Below, in pieces: positions 1-9,736 of a DNA stretch of 64,000 bases. Source of the stretch: Gemmatimonas sp. (GTDB lineage: Bacteria > Gemmatimonadota > Gemmatimonadetes > Gemmatimonadales > Gemmatimonadaceae); NCBI GenBank assembly GCA_965279375.1, contig OZ257156.1, positions 416,001-480,000 of the forward strand, written 5' to 3'. Positions within the stretch are counted from its first letter, which is position 1. Each line of letters starts with the position of its first letter. Position numbers and translations under genes: made by a program. The notes below the pieces were generated by a model. It was not told where the DNA came from. It ran no database searches and saw only the letters and a list, made by a program, of their open reading frames with translations.

Positions 1-1
1 C

Positions 2-118
2 TTTGCCCACGCCCAACATGGGAGCGTGGTGTTCAGAGCGCGTGAGGGCGGCGGGTCCTGCTTTGAACTGCGACTGCCAGCGGCGCCGGCGTCAGGCCCC
101 GCCGCCGTAATCGCCTGA
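2..118 (+). CDS. C-terminal end of a sensor histidine kinase (HATPase_c), partial at window edge
   Basis: Frame 2 reads FAHAQHGSVVFRAREGGGSCFELRLPAAPASGPAAVIA*. The GGGS.F.L.LP ending is typical of HATPase_c. Not in the ORF track. Confidence 0.7.
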   Translation, partial: FAHAQHGSVVFRAREGGGSCFELRLPAAPASGPAAVIA

Positions 119-126
119 CAGTCGCT

Positions 127-315
127 CTAGACCGGTTCCGGCTCCGCTTCGCCTTCGGAGTCGTCGCTCGAGCGCGGATTTCCGTACTCGTCCACATCGT
201 CAGGGAGCCCGGCGGCCTTCCGGCGCGCGCGCTCTTCCTTCTTGGCGTCCTTCTTCGCCTGCCGCTCCATTTCCTTGCGGCGCTTCTCGTAATCGTAGTT
301 GGGTTTGCGAGCCAA
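127..315 (-). CDS. Small basic/acidic hypothetical protein (62 aa)
   Basis: TTG start with GGAG 9 nt upstream. MARKPNYDYEKRRKEMERQAKKDAKKEER... gives a coiled-coil-like basic half and an acidic tail. Confidence 0.7.
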   Translation of the reverse strand: MARKPNYDYEKRRKEMERQAKKDAKKEERARRKAAGLPDDVDEYGNPRSSDDSEGEAEPEPV

Positions 316-465
316 ACGCGGAAGCTCCGGTACGTGCGTGTCGCTGAGAAAAGGGGACGCGCACGGGGGCGCATCAGCCGCACGACCGCCGTTCGGCATG
401 CCGCAACATAGTACCGGGGGGCGCGCGCCGTCAGCGCGGAGCGCGGCCAGCCCCCCAACCGTCAC

Positions 466-1716
466 TCAGTTCGTGCCCACGCACTCGTCGAAGACACGCT
501 TTTGTGCCTCTTTCGCGTTCGGGATCGACTTGTAGAAGTCGTCGAAGTAGGACAGGGTTTCCTTGATGATGCGCGGCGAGAGCAGCTGCCCCAGTGGATC
601 GGCGTACAGCGCGTAGATCTCGGGCTTCTTCGCGATGAAGAGGTCGATGACCTTCTGGTATTCCAGCTTGTACGCGCAGTAGCCGCGGAATTGCCGTTCG
701 CGCACAGAGCGAATACGCAGCTTGGGATCGGGTGCCGCATAGTGCGTGTTGACCGCACCGGAGAAATCGAAATCGTAGGCGATGGGGAGAATCTGCCCCG
801 TGCGCGTGCGAATCAGCTCGGCGTTGTGCAGGCCACCGAACGAAAAATCGGTGTTGCCGATCATGTACTGGAAGACGAACGCGATCGCCGACTGCGGCGC
901 ATCGAGATCGTCGGAATCCGCGCCAGTCTGACGTACGACTTCTCCGCCGACGCGCTCGGCGAGTGTGGCGGGATCCTCCACGACGAAGCTGTAGCGCGTC
1001 GCTTCGACCTTGCCCGTGGCGCTGTCGGCGTAAGTCATCTTGAGCAGCCGCACGTGATGACTGACCGGCGTCAGCAGTCGGTAGATGCGATACAGCATGA
1101 ACTCCTGCAGGATGTAGTTGTCGTACACATCGCTGTTGCGGCAGTACGTCACCAGCTTGGGTTCGGCGATGTTGTTGAACACCGTCTGCTTGCCCGCCTT
1201 GTCGGCGACCTTCATGCGCACCGGCGGGAACTCGCAGTTCTTGAGCCGCCAGATGCCGCGCGTGCGCGCGCGCGCATCCACCGTCACGACCTTGCCCGTG
1301 CTGTCCGTGTAACTCAGCGTTGCTGCGTGATACGGCGCCTTCGCGCCCCGATCCTTGCGCAGCTGCTTGATGTTGGTCGTGAACGTGACCGCCAGCGGCG
1401 TCTCGCTCGTGAAAAGCGGTGACAGCTTGGGCGGCTTCTTCTCGGACTTCTCGGTGCTGTCCGAGGGCGTGCGTTTCCCCGCCTTCTTCTCCCCAGACTT
1501 CTCACCGGACTTGTCGCCCTTTTGTTCATCCTTGGGCTTCTTCGACTTGCCCGACGCGCGCACGGAATCGGGCGATTGCGCCTGCAGCAACGGAGCCGAC
1601 GCGCTCGTCGCGAGCGTCGCGGCGGTGAGCAGGGCGATCGCTCGGACGGAAAGCATGGACAGGCGACGACGTGATGTGGTCATGGGCGGGACATGCGGAT
1701 GGACGTTGGCGCGCAT
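466..1716 (-). CDS. Secreted CotH-like atypical kinase-fold protein
   Basis: Signal-peptide-like segment and Lys-rich linker, then RTRG, QEFMLYRIY, FQYMIGNTD, HN and PIAYDFDFSG motifs, resembling the CotH RG / E..AY / GN.D / WD.D pattern. Confidence 0.65.
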   Translation of the reverse strand: MRANVHPHVPPMTTSRRRLSMLSVRAIALLTAATLATSASAPLLQAQSPDSVRASGKSKKPKDEQKGDKSGEKSGEKKAGKRTPSDSTEKSEKKPPKLSPLFTSETPLAVTFTTNIKQLRKDRGAKAPYHAATLSYTDSTGKVVTVDARARTRGIWRLKNCEFPPVRMKVADKAGKQTVFNNIAEPKLVTYCRNSDVYDNYILQEFMLYRIYRLLTPVSHHVRLLKMTYADSATGKVEATRYSFVVEDPATLAERVGGEVVRQTGADSDDLDAPQSAIAFVFQYMIGNTDFSFGGLHNAELIRTRTGQILPIAYDFDFSGAVNTHYAAPDPKLRIRSVRERQFRGYCAYKLEYQKVIDLFIAKKPEIYALYADPLGQLLSPRIIKETLSYFDDFYKSIPNAKEAQKRVFDECVGTN

Positions 1717-1719
1717 CGG

Positions 1720-2739
1720 CTAGCGGAGTTCCACATCGAGCACGTACTGGGAGCCGGCGGCGCGAACGAGCGCGAGCAGATCGTCCGGCGAGGACTTCTT
1801 GCGTAGCTGCAGCACATACTCCACAACATCACCCTCAGCGCTCGGCGTGACCGACCCGAAGCGCCATTGCTTGACGAAGTCCTGCAGGCGTGGCTCCACG
1901 CCGCGGCGCAATGCCGCGACGTCCGACGTGACGATGCGCAGCCGAGCATCCGTAACAGCGGCTGGCGCCGTCTCCTCATCACCCGCGGCGTTGGCGCGCT
2001 TCCAGGCGCGCTCGGCGACGCCCTCGAGCTGCTCGCGTGTCATGTTGCGAAAGACTTCGTCGTCGATGCGTGCGACGAAGGTGCCCGTGCGTGCCAGCTC
2101 CCGCGCGCGCTTGAGCCGCTTGTCGGCAATGCGTCCCTCGAGCTCCATCGGCGCGCTTCCGAAGTCGGTGAACCAGAGCCCGAGCACCGTGACGTTGAAG
2201 CCGATCGACAGTACTGCGGCGACGGGCAGATTGACTGCAGAGGCGAGCCCGATGGCCGTGGCGAGAAAGACGTAGACGGCGTCCTTGCTGTCGTCGAGCG
2301 TATTGCGAAAACGGACGGCGGCCACGATGCCAGCGAGACTGAACGCGAGCGCGATGCTGTACTTGACCAGCAGCACGATGCCGGCGACGACGACCGGGAG
2401 GATGATCAGCAGCTGCACCACCGACTGCTGGTATCCGCGCTTGGCGCGAGTGAGCTGGTACACCCACGCCACCGGCAGCGAAAGCAGCACCGCGGCGAGC
2501 ATCGCCACGCCCACCGTGATGGAGAGCGTGACCTCGTCGAAAGGAACGGCAGCAGGAGCTGTTTGCGGCGCCGTCGTGGGCAGCCCGCCAAACAGTTCGT
2601 TGAGCGAGGCGGGAGCCATCGCGCCGGCGTGGGGTAAACGACTCCAGGCCAGCGCAGCGCCGCCGATCAGCGCCACGTAGTACACGAGCGTCCGCACGAT
2701 CACGCGAGTCGCCGGTGCTGCTTGCTTCGAACTTGCCAC
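1720..2739 (-). CDS. DUF4956-family membrane protein
   Basis: GTG start with GGAG. SIALAFSLAGIVAAVRFRNTLDDSKDAVYVFLATAIGLA is the typical DUF4956 signature; several TM helices. Confidence 0.85.
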   Translation of the reverse strand: MASSKQAAPATRVIVRTLVYYVALIGGAALAWSRLPHAGAMAPASLNELFGGLPTTAPQTAPAAVPFDEVTLSITVGVAMLAAVLLSLPVAWVYQLTRAKRGYQQSVVQLLIILPVVVAGIVLLVKYSIALAFSLAGIVAAVRFRNTLDDSKDAVYVFLATAIGLASAVNLPVAAVLSIGFNVTVLGLWFTDFGSAPMELEGRIADKRLKRARELARTGTFVARIDDEVFRNMTREQLEGVAERAWKRANAAGDEETAPAAVTDARLRIVTSDVAALRRGVEPRLQDFVKQWRFGSVTPSAEGDVVEYVLQLRKKSSPDDLLALVRAAGSQYVLDVELR

Positions 2740-2848
2740 GAACGACGTCTCCAGAGAGGTTGCCGCGCAAGTATCGTGCGCTCCGCGGCTTCCCGCCATG
2801 CTTCCGTGCGTGCTTGCCGCATCCCGGGCTCACATCCACATTCGCCGC

Positions 2849-4426
2849 ATGACTCGTCTCGCCCTGTCGGCACTTGCCGCGATGGCCCTCGTCGGCTGCA
2901 GCCAAGCCCCCCTCCGCGGACAGAGCGCGGCCAAACGCCCGTCGCTGGTCGTGATGATCACGATCGACCAGATGCGCGGCGACTACATCACGCGCTTTGG
3001 ACCGCAACTCACGGGCGGGCTGGCACGGCTGTCACAGGGCGGCGCGTGGTACACCAACGCGCACCACGATCACGCCATCACCGAGACGGCCCCAGGCCAC
3101 GCTACCCTGCTGTCGGGGCGCTTCCCGCGCTCGACCGGCATCATGATGAATGCAATCGGCGTGGAAGACGAAAGCATGCCGCTGCTGGCGGGCGCCTACG
3201 GTACCGGCGCCAGCCCGCGTCGCTTCAACGGGACCACGCTCACCGACTGGCTGCGCGCGGACGAATCCAAGTCCCGCACTTTCTCCGTCTCGATGAAGGA
3301 CCGCGGCGCCATCCTGCCCGCCGGTCGCTCCAAGAGCGAGGTGTACTGGTATTCGCCGGACGGTCGCTTCACCACCAGCAAGTACTACCGCGACAAGCTG
3401 CCCAGGTGGGTGGACGCGTTTAACGCGCGGTTGATGCCAGCCAGCTACGCCGGCAAGTCGTGGACACTGCTGCTCCCCGACTCCGCCTACGCGGAGCCGG
3501 ACAGCAGCCTTGCCGAAGGGTTCGCGGACATCGTCTTTCCACACAAGCTTCCCGATGACGAGGTGGATGCGCAGAGCCTCGTGCGCACGACGCCATTCAT
3601 GGACGATCTGGTGCTCGCGTTCGCGCTCAACGGCGTCAACGAGCTGGCGATCGGCAAGGGACCGCAGACGGATGTGCTGGCGATTTCGCTGTCCGCCACC
3701 GACGTCATCGGCCATCGCTACGGCCCCGATTCGCGCGAGATCCACGACCAGATCCTGCGCGTCGATCGTGCCCTCGGCCGCTTTCTCGATTCGCTCTACA
3801 CGCTGCGCGATTCCTCGACGGTGACCGTGGTGTTGAGCGGTGATCACGGCGTAGGCACCATCCCCGAACTCGCGCGCGAACGCGGACAACAGCCGCCACC
3901 GCTGCGCGTGAGCCTCGCGCCGGTGCTTCCCGCGCTGCGCGCATCACTCCGCGCGGCGCGCGTCGATACGCTGGCCATCGAACTCGATCAGCAGCTCGTG
4001 CTGGTCGACCGCGCGGCGTTCAAGAAGGCGGGCGTCTCCCCCGAGCCAATTCTGGAATCGTTGGCGACGAGCGTTCGCGCGAGTGAAGGCGTCGCCCGCA
4101 TCGACCGCTTCAAGCAGCTGCTCGCCGACACCCTGTCCGATCCAATCGCACGTCGCTGGGCACACCAGTTTCCCGCGACGGTCAACATCGAGATGATCGT
4201 GACGCTGACGCCCTACAGTACGTGGGGCGGCAACACAGCCTCGCACGGCTCACCGTACGACTACGACTCCAACGTGCCGCTGATATTCGCCGGTGCCGGC
4301 ATCGCGCCGGGCAAGCACACCGAGTTCGTGCGCACGGTCGATCTCGCGGCCACGCTGGCCCAGCTACTGGGGATCAAGCCGCTGGAGAAGATCGACGGCG
4401 TCCCACTGACCAACGCGCTTCGCTAG
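2849..4426 (+). CDS. Alkaline phosphatase superfamily (PafA-type) lipoprotein
   Basis: Lipobox ALVGC; DQMRGDY, TETAPGHAT (Thr nucleophile), KDRGAI, DVIGHRYGP, GDHG and HGSPYDYD motifs. Confidence 0.9.
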   Translation: MTRLALSALAAMALVGCSQAPLRGQSAAKRPSLVVMITIDQMRGDYITRFGPQLTGGLARLSQGGAWYTNAHHDHAITETAPGHATLLSGRFPRSTGIMMNAIGVEDESMPLLAGAYGTGASPRRFNGTTLTDWLRADESKSRTFSVSMKDRGAILPAGRSKSEVYWYSPDGRFTTSKYYRDKLPRWVDAFNARLMPASYAGKSWTLLLPDSAYAEPDSSLAEGFADIVFPHKLPDDEVDAQSLVRTTPFMDDLVLAFALNGVNELAIGKGPQTDVLAISLSATDVIGHRYGPDSREIHDQILRVDRALGRFLDSLYTLRDSSTVTVVLSGDHGVGTIPELARERGQQPPPLRVSLAPVLPALRASLRAARVDTLAIELDQQLVLVDRAAFKKAGVSPEPILESLATSVRASEGVARIDRFKQLLADTLSDPIARRWAHQFPATVNIEMIVTLTPYSTWGGNTASHGSPYDYDSNVPLIFAGAGIAPGKHTEFVRTVDLAATLAQLLGIKPLEKIDGVPLTNALR

Positions 4427-4448
4427 TCGGCTGCGCCAGGCGGCAGGG

Positions 4449-4892
4449 CTAGTCGGCGTACGGGTAGTCGGGATCGGACAGGCGTTTGGCGAGCGCGACG
4501 GCGTCCGGCCCGGCGATCTGGTGAACCAGCTCCACCAGCATGTGGCTCAGATGCGTGCCGTACTTGAGCAGGCTGGTTGCCCGGGCCGGCCGCTCCAGCA
4601 GGAAGGCCAGAAAGCTCCGGTCCTTCTTGGCGGCGTTACACGTCTTGCAGCAGAGCACGAGGTTGTCGCGCCGATCGTAGGCGCTCTGCCCTTTGCGCGG
4701 AGTCACGTGGTCCAGCGTGATCGCGCGCTCGGCCACTTTCTGCTGGCAGTAGGCGCAGACGGGTCCGTGCTGCGCCAGCAGCCATCGCCGCGTTTCCGCG
4801 TAGGCGATGCGGCTGGTTGGGACGGATGTCTGCGGCTGGATGGGACGACCCGCCCCGGCTCGACCACGGCGCTTGCGCGGCGCGGGACTCAC
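4449..4892 (-). CDS. HNH endonuclease (McrA/HNH_5-like)
   Basis: CAYC...TLDHVTP...DNLVLCCKTCNAAK zinc-finger HNH motif. Start uncertain (GTG 4892 chosen). Confidence 0.85.
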   Translation of the reverse strand: MSPAPRKRRGRAGAGRPIQPQTSVPTSRIAYAETRRWLLAQHGPVCAYCQQKVAERAITLDHVTPRKGQSAYDRRDNLVLCCKTCNAAKKDRSFLAFLLERPARATSLLKYGTHLSHMLVELVHQIAGPDAVALAKRLSDPDYPYAD

Positions 4893-4996
4893 GGGCGACC
4901 GCCGCTGGTCACTGATTCGTACAGGCACATGCAGGAAGTGTAACTGTCCGGCATCCCACTGGGTTATCTTTCCGCATCGCCTACAACGAGGACCCA

Positions 4997-5314
4997 CTGC
5001 TAGAAGCATTCGAATTCGAAAACGACGGACTCCGCTTTTCCTGCCGCATCGAGGCAGCAACCGGTGCCCGCAAGGATGCCTGGTGGTGGTTCGGCGTCTC
5101 CACCGACGATCGGCACCGCTACGCCCCGTTCCGCGCCGACGAATCGGACACGCAGGCTGACATTCGCGCCCGCGTCCTCCAGTACTACGCCGACCTTCTA
5201 GCACGTCGTGCTGAGCCAGTGGCTTCGCACTGGCGTCGTGGTGTCAGGCCAGCGCCGGCCGCAGTGGCCGCGCCGGTCGCCGAAATCGAGCCGACGACCC
5301 CCGCCGAGGCCTGA
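4997..5314 (+). CDS. Hypothetical protein (105 aa) with probable CTG start
   Basis: GAGG 5 nt before CTG. Reads LEAFEFENDGLRFSCRIE...DAWWWFGVSTDDRHRYAPFRA...QYYADLLARR. Stops 5 nt before the next gene. No ATG/GTG/TTG in frame between the upstream stop at 4913 and the CTG. Confidence 0.7.
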   Translation: MLEAFEFENDGLRFSCRIEAATGARKDAWWWFGVSTDDRHRYAPFRADESDTQADIRARVLQYYADLLARRAEPVASHWRRGVRPAPAAVAAPVAEIEPTTPAEA

Positions 5315-5319
5315 GGCTG

Positions 5320-5691
5320 GTGGAGCGTCTGTTCGTGATGATCGGGGCGCTCTCGGGCGCCATCGGAGTGGGCGCGGGCGCGTTTGGTGCGCACGCGCTT
5401 CGGGCCAAGCTCGAACCGCGGATGCTCGAAGTCTTCGAGACGGGCGCCCGCTATCAGATGTACCATGCCGTCGCGATGCTGGCGGCGGCGTGGGTGGTGT
5501 CGCGATTCCCGGGGTCACTGGCCAATGCCAGCGGCTGGCTGTTTCTGGCCGGCACCGTCTTCTTCTCCGGATCGCTCTACGCCATGGCGCTGACCAATGT
5601 GCGCGCGTTGGGCGCCATCACGCCGATCGGCGGCGTCTGCTTCATCGCCGGGTGGGTGTGCCTGGCGCTGGCCGCGGCCAAGTCGGCCTAG
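5320..5691 (+). CDS. DUF423 (YgdD/TMEM256-like) membrane protein
   Basis: GAFGAHAL, FETGARYQMYHA, FSGSLY and GAITPIGG motifs. Confidence 0.92.
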   Translation: MERLFVMIGALSGAIGVGAGAFGAHALRAKLEPRMLEVFETGARYQMYHAVAMLAAAWVVSRFPGSLANASGWLFLAGTVFFSGSLYAMALTNVRALGAITPIGGVCFIAGWVCLALAAAKSA

Positions 5692-5718
5692 CCTGACCTG
5701 CAGCTACCGGCGGAGGGG

Positions 5719-6273
5719 TCACCCCTCCGCGTAGCCGCGCTCCTGCAGGAATTTCGCGATCGCCTCGCGCTCGTAGACCACGTCGATCGAGTACGGGGCT
5801 AGGCCGGTGCGCACCAGTACGCCGCTCCCCGCCTTCGACGCGACCACGATTCCGTCGGTGGTGAGGATCACGACCTCCGCTTGCTCGGGCACCTGCCCCG
5901 GATGCCCGCTGAAGTGCATAGACTGGCCCGGTGCCAGCGACGAGGCTTCATCCGCCACCGGCGGCGCCATGGGCACGCTCCACGCGGCACCCGTGAACAG
6001 CACCAGATCATTGCCGCCCGCAGCGAAATCGCCTGCGGCTTCCATTGGCACGCCGATCAGCGTATCACCGATCGGCTCCGCGGTCGCCTCCAGTCGGAAC
6101 GCTTCGAACAGATCTTCGACGTCCGCGGCGCCAACGCGCACCGAGACAGTACTGCCGTCCGGGAGCGTGACCGCAAAGGCCTTGGCTGAAACGCGAAAGC
6201 CCTTCCACGGGCCGCGCAACCGGCGCAGGAGTTCAACGGTGTCTTCGGAGGCTTGGAAGTTGTACTGACGCAT
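5719..6273 (-). CDS. Hypothetical protein
   Basis: ATG-started 184-codon ORF with protein-like composition filling the gap. No recognised motif. Confidence 0.65.
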   Translation of the reverse strand: MRQYNFQASEDTVELLRRLRGPWKGFRVSAKAFAVTLPDGSTVSVRVGAADVEDLFEAFRLEATAEPIGDTLIGVPMEAAGDFAAGGNDLVLFTGAAWSVPMAPPVADEASSLAPGQSMHFSGHPGQVPEQAEVVILTTDGIVVASKAGSGVLVRTGLAPYSIDVVYEREAIAKFLQERGYAEG

Positions 6274-6388
6274 GACGCAACCGAGGAAATCCGCAATGAA
6301 TGCGAGTGAGTGTCGCTGAGTCGGAAGAGACCGACCGGTCAAGGCTAATCGGGAGCGTTTCGAACGGAATTGCGGCGGGCCGACTACC

Positions 6389-6415
6389 TCAAGTATTTCA
6401 GCAATGAACCGACGC
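6389..6415 (+). promoter_or_regulatory. Candidate sigma-28 (FliA-type) promoter for the MCP
   Basis: TCAAG-N14-ACCGACGC, 76 nt upstream of the MCP start. Weaker match than the site at 12930. Confidence 0.4.
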
Positions 6416-6491
6416 TCAGGAGTAGCAGAGGCCTCACGGCAGCCTTCGGGCGGCGGGGCCCCCACGTTTCTTCAAAAAGACAACGACTCCA

Positions 6492-9056
6492 GTGAACCTC
6501 AAGAAGTGGCCAATCGCGCGTAAGCTCGCGCTGCTCTGCTTGGCGTTCGGCCTCGTGCCGGTCGCCCTCGTTTCCAGCATCATGCTGCAGCGATCCGCCG
6601 CCGCCGTGCGTGAGCGCGCCTCGGATCGATTGCGCGAGACCGCTGGACACGTGGCCGACAAGATCGATCGCAACCTGTTCGAGCGATACGGCGACGTGCA
6701 GGCCTTTGGCTTCAACGACGTGGTCCGCGACAAGTCGCAGTGGTATCAGGTCGGCTCAGCGAAGAACCGCATCGCCGATCGCACGAATGCGTACGTGGCC
6801 GCCTACGGCTTGTACCAGCTCTCGATTCTTGTCGACGACAAGGGTCGCGTCATCTCGGTGAACGACCGCGATGCGATGGGCAAGGAAATCCAGACCGCGG
6901 AGCTCTACAACAAGTCGTATGCGTCCTTCGAATGGTTCCGCTCCTGCATGAGCGGCAACTATACGCGACGCATGAATTTCAGCGATTCGAGCAACACGAT
7001 CGCGAGTGGCACGGTCATCACGCCGTCCGCGCCCGACGTCGACGTGCGCCAGGTGTACGGCGCGAACTCACCGGATGTCGTCGGCTTCTCGGCACCGGTA
7101 AAGAGCAGCGATGGCACGACGATCGGCTGCTGGCACAATCTCGCGACGGTCTCGCTCGTGAGCGCGATGCTCGCCGATGCGGCGCGTGAACTGAAGCTGG
7201 CCGGCTACCCGGGCGCAGTCCTCACCGTGGTGGACAGCCTGGGTCGCAAGGTCGCCGACGGCGGACAGCCGCTGTCCGACTCGCTCTTGGCATCGCAGAA
7301 GCACGCTGAGGACGCGCTCGCGGCAGTGACTCGCGGCGAAGCCGGTCATCGCGAGGCGATGATCGCCGGACAGGCGATGCAGCTTGGCTTCTCGCACCTG
7401 CATGGCGCGCTTGGCTATCCCGGCATGAACTGGGGCGTGATCATCGGCGTGCCACAAGCCGAGATCGATGTCGCTGCCAATCTCGACGGACTGCGCTGGA
7501 TGGCGATCGGGTTGGCGGTGGGCATGGGACTGGTGATCGTGATTGTCGCGCTCTGGCTCGGTGGTCGGATCGCGAAGCCGCTCATCTCGATGGCTCACGT
7601 CGCACGCGATGTGGCGGTTGGCCGACTCGATGTGCAGGCCGCGTGGTCCGGCGAGGATGAGATCGGGATGGTGGCCACGTCGCTCAACGACATCGTGCAC
7701 GCGCAGCAGAAACTCGCCTCGACCGCGCGTCAGCTCGCCAAGGGCGACACCTCCGTGGTGGCCGACGTGCGCTCCGATTACGATGTGCTCGGGCAGGCGT
7801 TCACGACGCTGCGCGACACCCTCGCCACGCTGCTCGCTGACGTCAATCGCATGGTCGCTTCAGCGCAGGAAGGCGATCTCGCCTCCCGCGGACACGCCAC
7901 CAAGTTCGAAGGTGCGTTCCAGCAGTTGGTTGCCGGCTTCAACAGCACGCTCGATGCCGTCACCGAGCCGCTCGCCGAAGCGCAGACGATTCTCGGCCGT
8001 GTCGCCGAAGGCGATCTGACGGCGCGCATGAGTGATGGGTACCGCGGTGACTACGCCGTGTTGTCCAGGAGCCTCAACACCGCCGTCTCCGACCTCGCCA
8101 AGGCGATGGTGGAGGTGCGTCAGGAAGCACAGGGCATTCGCGCAGCCACACAGGAGATCGCGGCCGCCGCGCAGGAGCAGGCCAACGGTGCCACCAAGCA
8201 GGCAGGCTTGCTGCAGTCGGTGAGCGCGGAGGTCAATGGCCAGCGCAATCGCAGCAACGAGGTCTCGTCGCGCACGCAGGAGCTGTCGACGCTGATGGAG
8301 AACACGCGCTTGGCGGCACAGGATGGCCATGCGCGGGTGGAAGAAGTCGCAGTCGCGCTTACGCGCATTCGCGAACGAGCGACCGCCACACAACGCATTG
8401 CCCGCAAGATCGAAGCAATTGCGTCACAGACCAATCTCTTGGCGCTGAACGCCGCGGTGGAAGCCGCGCGCGCAGGCAGCGCGGGTGCCGGCTTCGCGGT
8501 CGTGGCCGACGAAGTGCGCGCGCTGGCACTACGCGCGACCGATGCCGCCAAGGAATCGCAGTCGGTCATCGACGAGGCGGTAGAGAGCGTGGCCACTGGC
8601 GTCTCGCTCGGTCAGGGTGCCGTGCTGACGCTCAAGGGCATTCAGGCGCACGCCACGAACGCGGCGACGGTCGTCTCGGAGATTTCGATGTCCATCTCGT
8701 CGCAGACGTCTGGATTGGAAGCGATCAACAACACGACCGCGTCCGTCTCCGATCTCACGAGTGCATCGGCCGCGAACGCAGAGGAAACGGCCGCTGCCTC
8801 CGAAGAGATGGCGGCGCAAGCCAGTACGCTGAGTGCGCTCGTCAGCCGCTTCAAGCTGGGGGCAGAAGTGCCAGACGCGGTATCGCGCGCCACACAGAAG
8901 GCGAGCAAGTTCGGAGCCGGCAAGGCTACCACAAGCAAGCCGTCGCGCGCACGTGCGTCGGCAGCGCCCGCTGCACCGGCCCCGAACAGCAACGCAAACA
9001 GCGACGACGCATCGTACTCCGATGACGATGTCGAGAGTCTGCTGAGCTCGTTCTAG
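6492..9056 (+). CDS. Methyl-accepting chemotaxis protein (Cache-like sensor, multiple HAMP, MCP signal domain)
   Basis: Two TM helices flanking a periplasmic domain ([15 protein letters not shown]), HAMP repeats, and the [37 protein letters not shown] hairpin. Confidence 0.96.
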   Translation: MNLKKWPIARKLALLCLAFGLVPVALVSSIMLQRSAAAVRERASDRLRETAGHVADKIDRNLFERYGDVQAFGFNDVVRDKSQWYQVGSAKNRIADRTNAYVAAYGLYQLSILVDDKGRVISVNDRDAMGKEIQTAELYNKSYASFEWFRSCMSGNYTRRMNFSDSSNTIASGTVITPSAPDVDVRQVYGANSPDVVGFSAPVKSSDGTTIGCWHNLATVSLVSAMLADAARELKLAGYPGAVLTVVDSLGRKVADGGQPLSDSLLASQKHAEDALAAVTRGEAGHREAMIAGQAMQLGFSHLHGALGYPGMNWGVIIGVPQAEIDVAANLDGLRWMAIGLAVGMGLVIVIVALWLGGRIAKPLISMAHVARDVAVGRLDVQAAWSGEDEIGMVATSLNDIVHAQQKLASTARQLAKGDTSVVADVRSDYDVLGQAFTTLRDTLATLLADVNRMVASAQEGDLASRGHATKFEGAFQQLVAGFNSTLDAVTEPLAEAQTILGRVAEGDLTARMSDGYRGDYAVLSRSLNTAVSDLAKAMVEVRQEAQGIRAATQEIAAAAQEQANGATKQAGLLQSVSAEVNGQRNRSNEVSSRTQELSTLMENTRLAAQDGHARVEEVAVALTRIRERATATQRIARKIEAIASQTNLLALNAAVEAARAGSAGAGFAVVADEVRALALRATDAAKESQSVIDEAVESVATGVSLGQGAVLTLKGIQAHATNAATVVSEISMSISSQTSGLEAINNTTASVSDLTSASAANAEETAAASEEMAAQASTLSALVSRFKLGAEVPDAVSRATQKASKFGAGKATTSKPSRARASAAPAAPAPNSNANSDDASYSDDDVESLLSSF

Positions 9057-9134
9057 CGCACGCACCACTGCAGGCCCGCTGGCGATCGATATGACCTGAG
9101 CACGCAATGTGAATGATTGGCAGTGAGATGCACC

Positions 9135-9166
9135 CGAAGGGCGCCGGAGCAATCCGGCGCCCTTCG
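9135..9166. terminator. Strong stem-loop between convergent genes, probable terminator
   Basis: Perfect 14-bp stem CGAAGGGCGCCGGA/TCCGGCGCCCTTCG with GCAA loop; no U-tract. Confidence 0.65.
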
Positions 9167-9174
9167 TGCGTCAC

Positions 9175-9255
9175 ACCCTCGATGCCGTCGGCAACCGTCG
9201 CCAGGCCAAGCGTTTCACCCAGAGAGAGAATTGCGCGCGTAAGTGCATCATCGCT
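9175..9255 (-). pseudogene. Remnant copy of an EAL-domain 3' segment
   Basis: Encodes SDDALTRAILSLGETLGLATVADGIEG, 26/27 aa identical to 10319-10399 (69/81 nt). In-frame TGA just upstream and no start codon. Confidence 0.85.
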
Positions 9256-9301
9256 GAACGAGACGCGTCAGGGGAGCACGCCCGAGGGTCGCCCGAGGGG
9301 G

Positions 9302-9736
9302 CTACGCGTCTTGCTGTCCGACGTCGGGGTCGGGAAAAAGCTGTCGGAGATCATTCATCAGGATTCTGTCGCGATTCGAACGCCCCAGCTTCTTCACGCC
9401 GCTCACAAGTCCGAGTGTTCCCAATACAAGCGCCACGATTCCGGCCACGGGCGTCTGGGAAAAGAACAGAACCAGGATTCCGGCAATCCACGCAGGTATT
9501 GACCAGGCCAACCGCAGTTTGCCGGACCTCGAACAATCGGCCGCATCCATGGTGGCACTGGCGGCGATCGAGCTCAGATCCTCACCCGGAAGTCGCGACA
9601 GGACTTCGTGACGATCATAGCTGCTATCCAAGGCATAGATGCCCATGTCATTCGCTGGCGCTGGAGCCAGTTGTGCAAGTCGTGCTTGAATCTGAGCCCG
9701 GCTCGGATTGGCGCGATTGATAACTGTGCTCACCAT
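9302..9736 (-). CDS. Orphan two-TM membrane protein
   Basis: GGAG then ATG at 9736. Hydrophobic hairpin AWSIPAWIAGILVLFFSQTPVAGIVALVLGTLGLV. DNA visibly richer in A/T than flanking genes. Confidence 0.55.
   Translation of the reverse strand: MVSTVINRANPSRAQIQARLAQLAPAPANDMGIYALDSSYDRHEVLSRLPGEDLSSIAASATMDAADCSRSGKLRLAWSIPAWIAGILVLFFSQTPVAGIVALVLGTLGLVSGVKKLGRSNRDRILMNDLRQLFPDPDVGQQDA

Noticed and set aside
4449..5314. HNH plus divergent small ORF as a toxin-immunity or restriction system
   Set aside because: Divergent orientation, no methyltransferase or secretion signal, and no supporting context.
6274..6491. c-di-GMP riboswitch upstream of the MCP
   Set aside because: Only a tiny UUCG hairpin; no recognisable class I/II consensus.
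9030..9056. CheR/CheB-docking pentapeptide at the MCP C-terminus
   Set aside because: LLSSF lacks the aromatic at position 2 of NWETF-type motifs, despite the flexible tether.
9060..9134. Continuation of the EAL remnant beyond the hairpin (CQS...SGPAVVRAL versus LQS...NGPAFARL)
   Set aside because: Similarity is too weak to support by eye.
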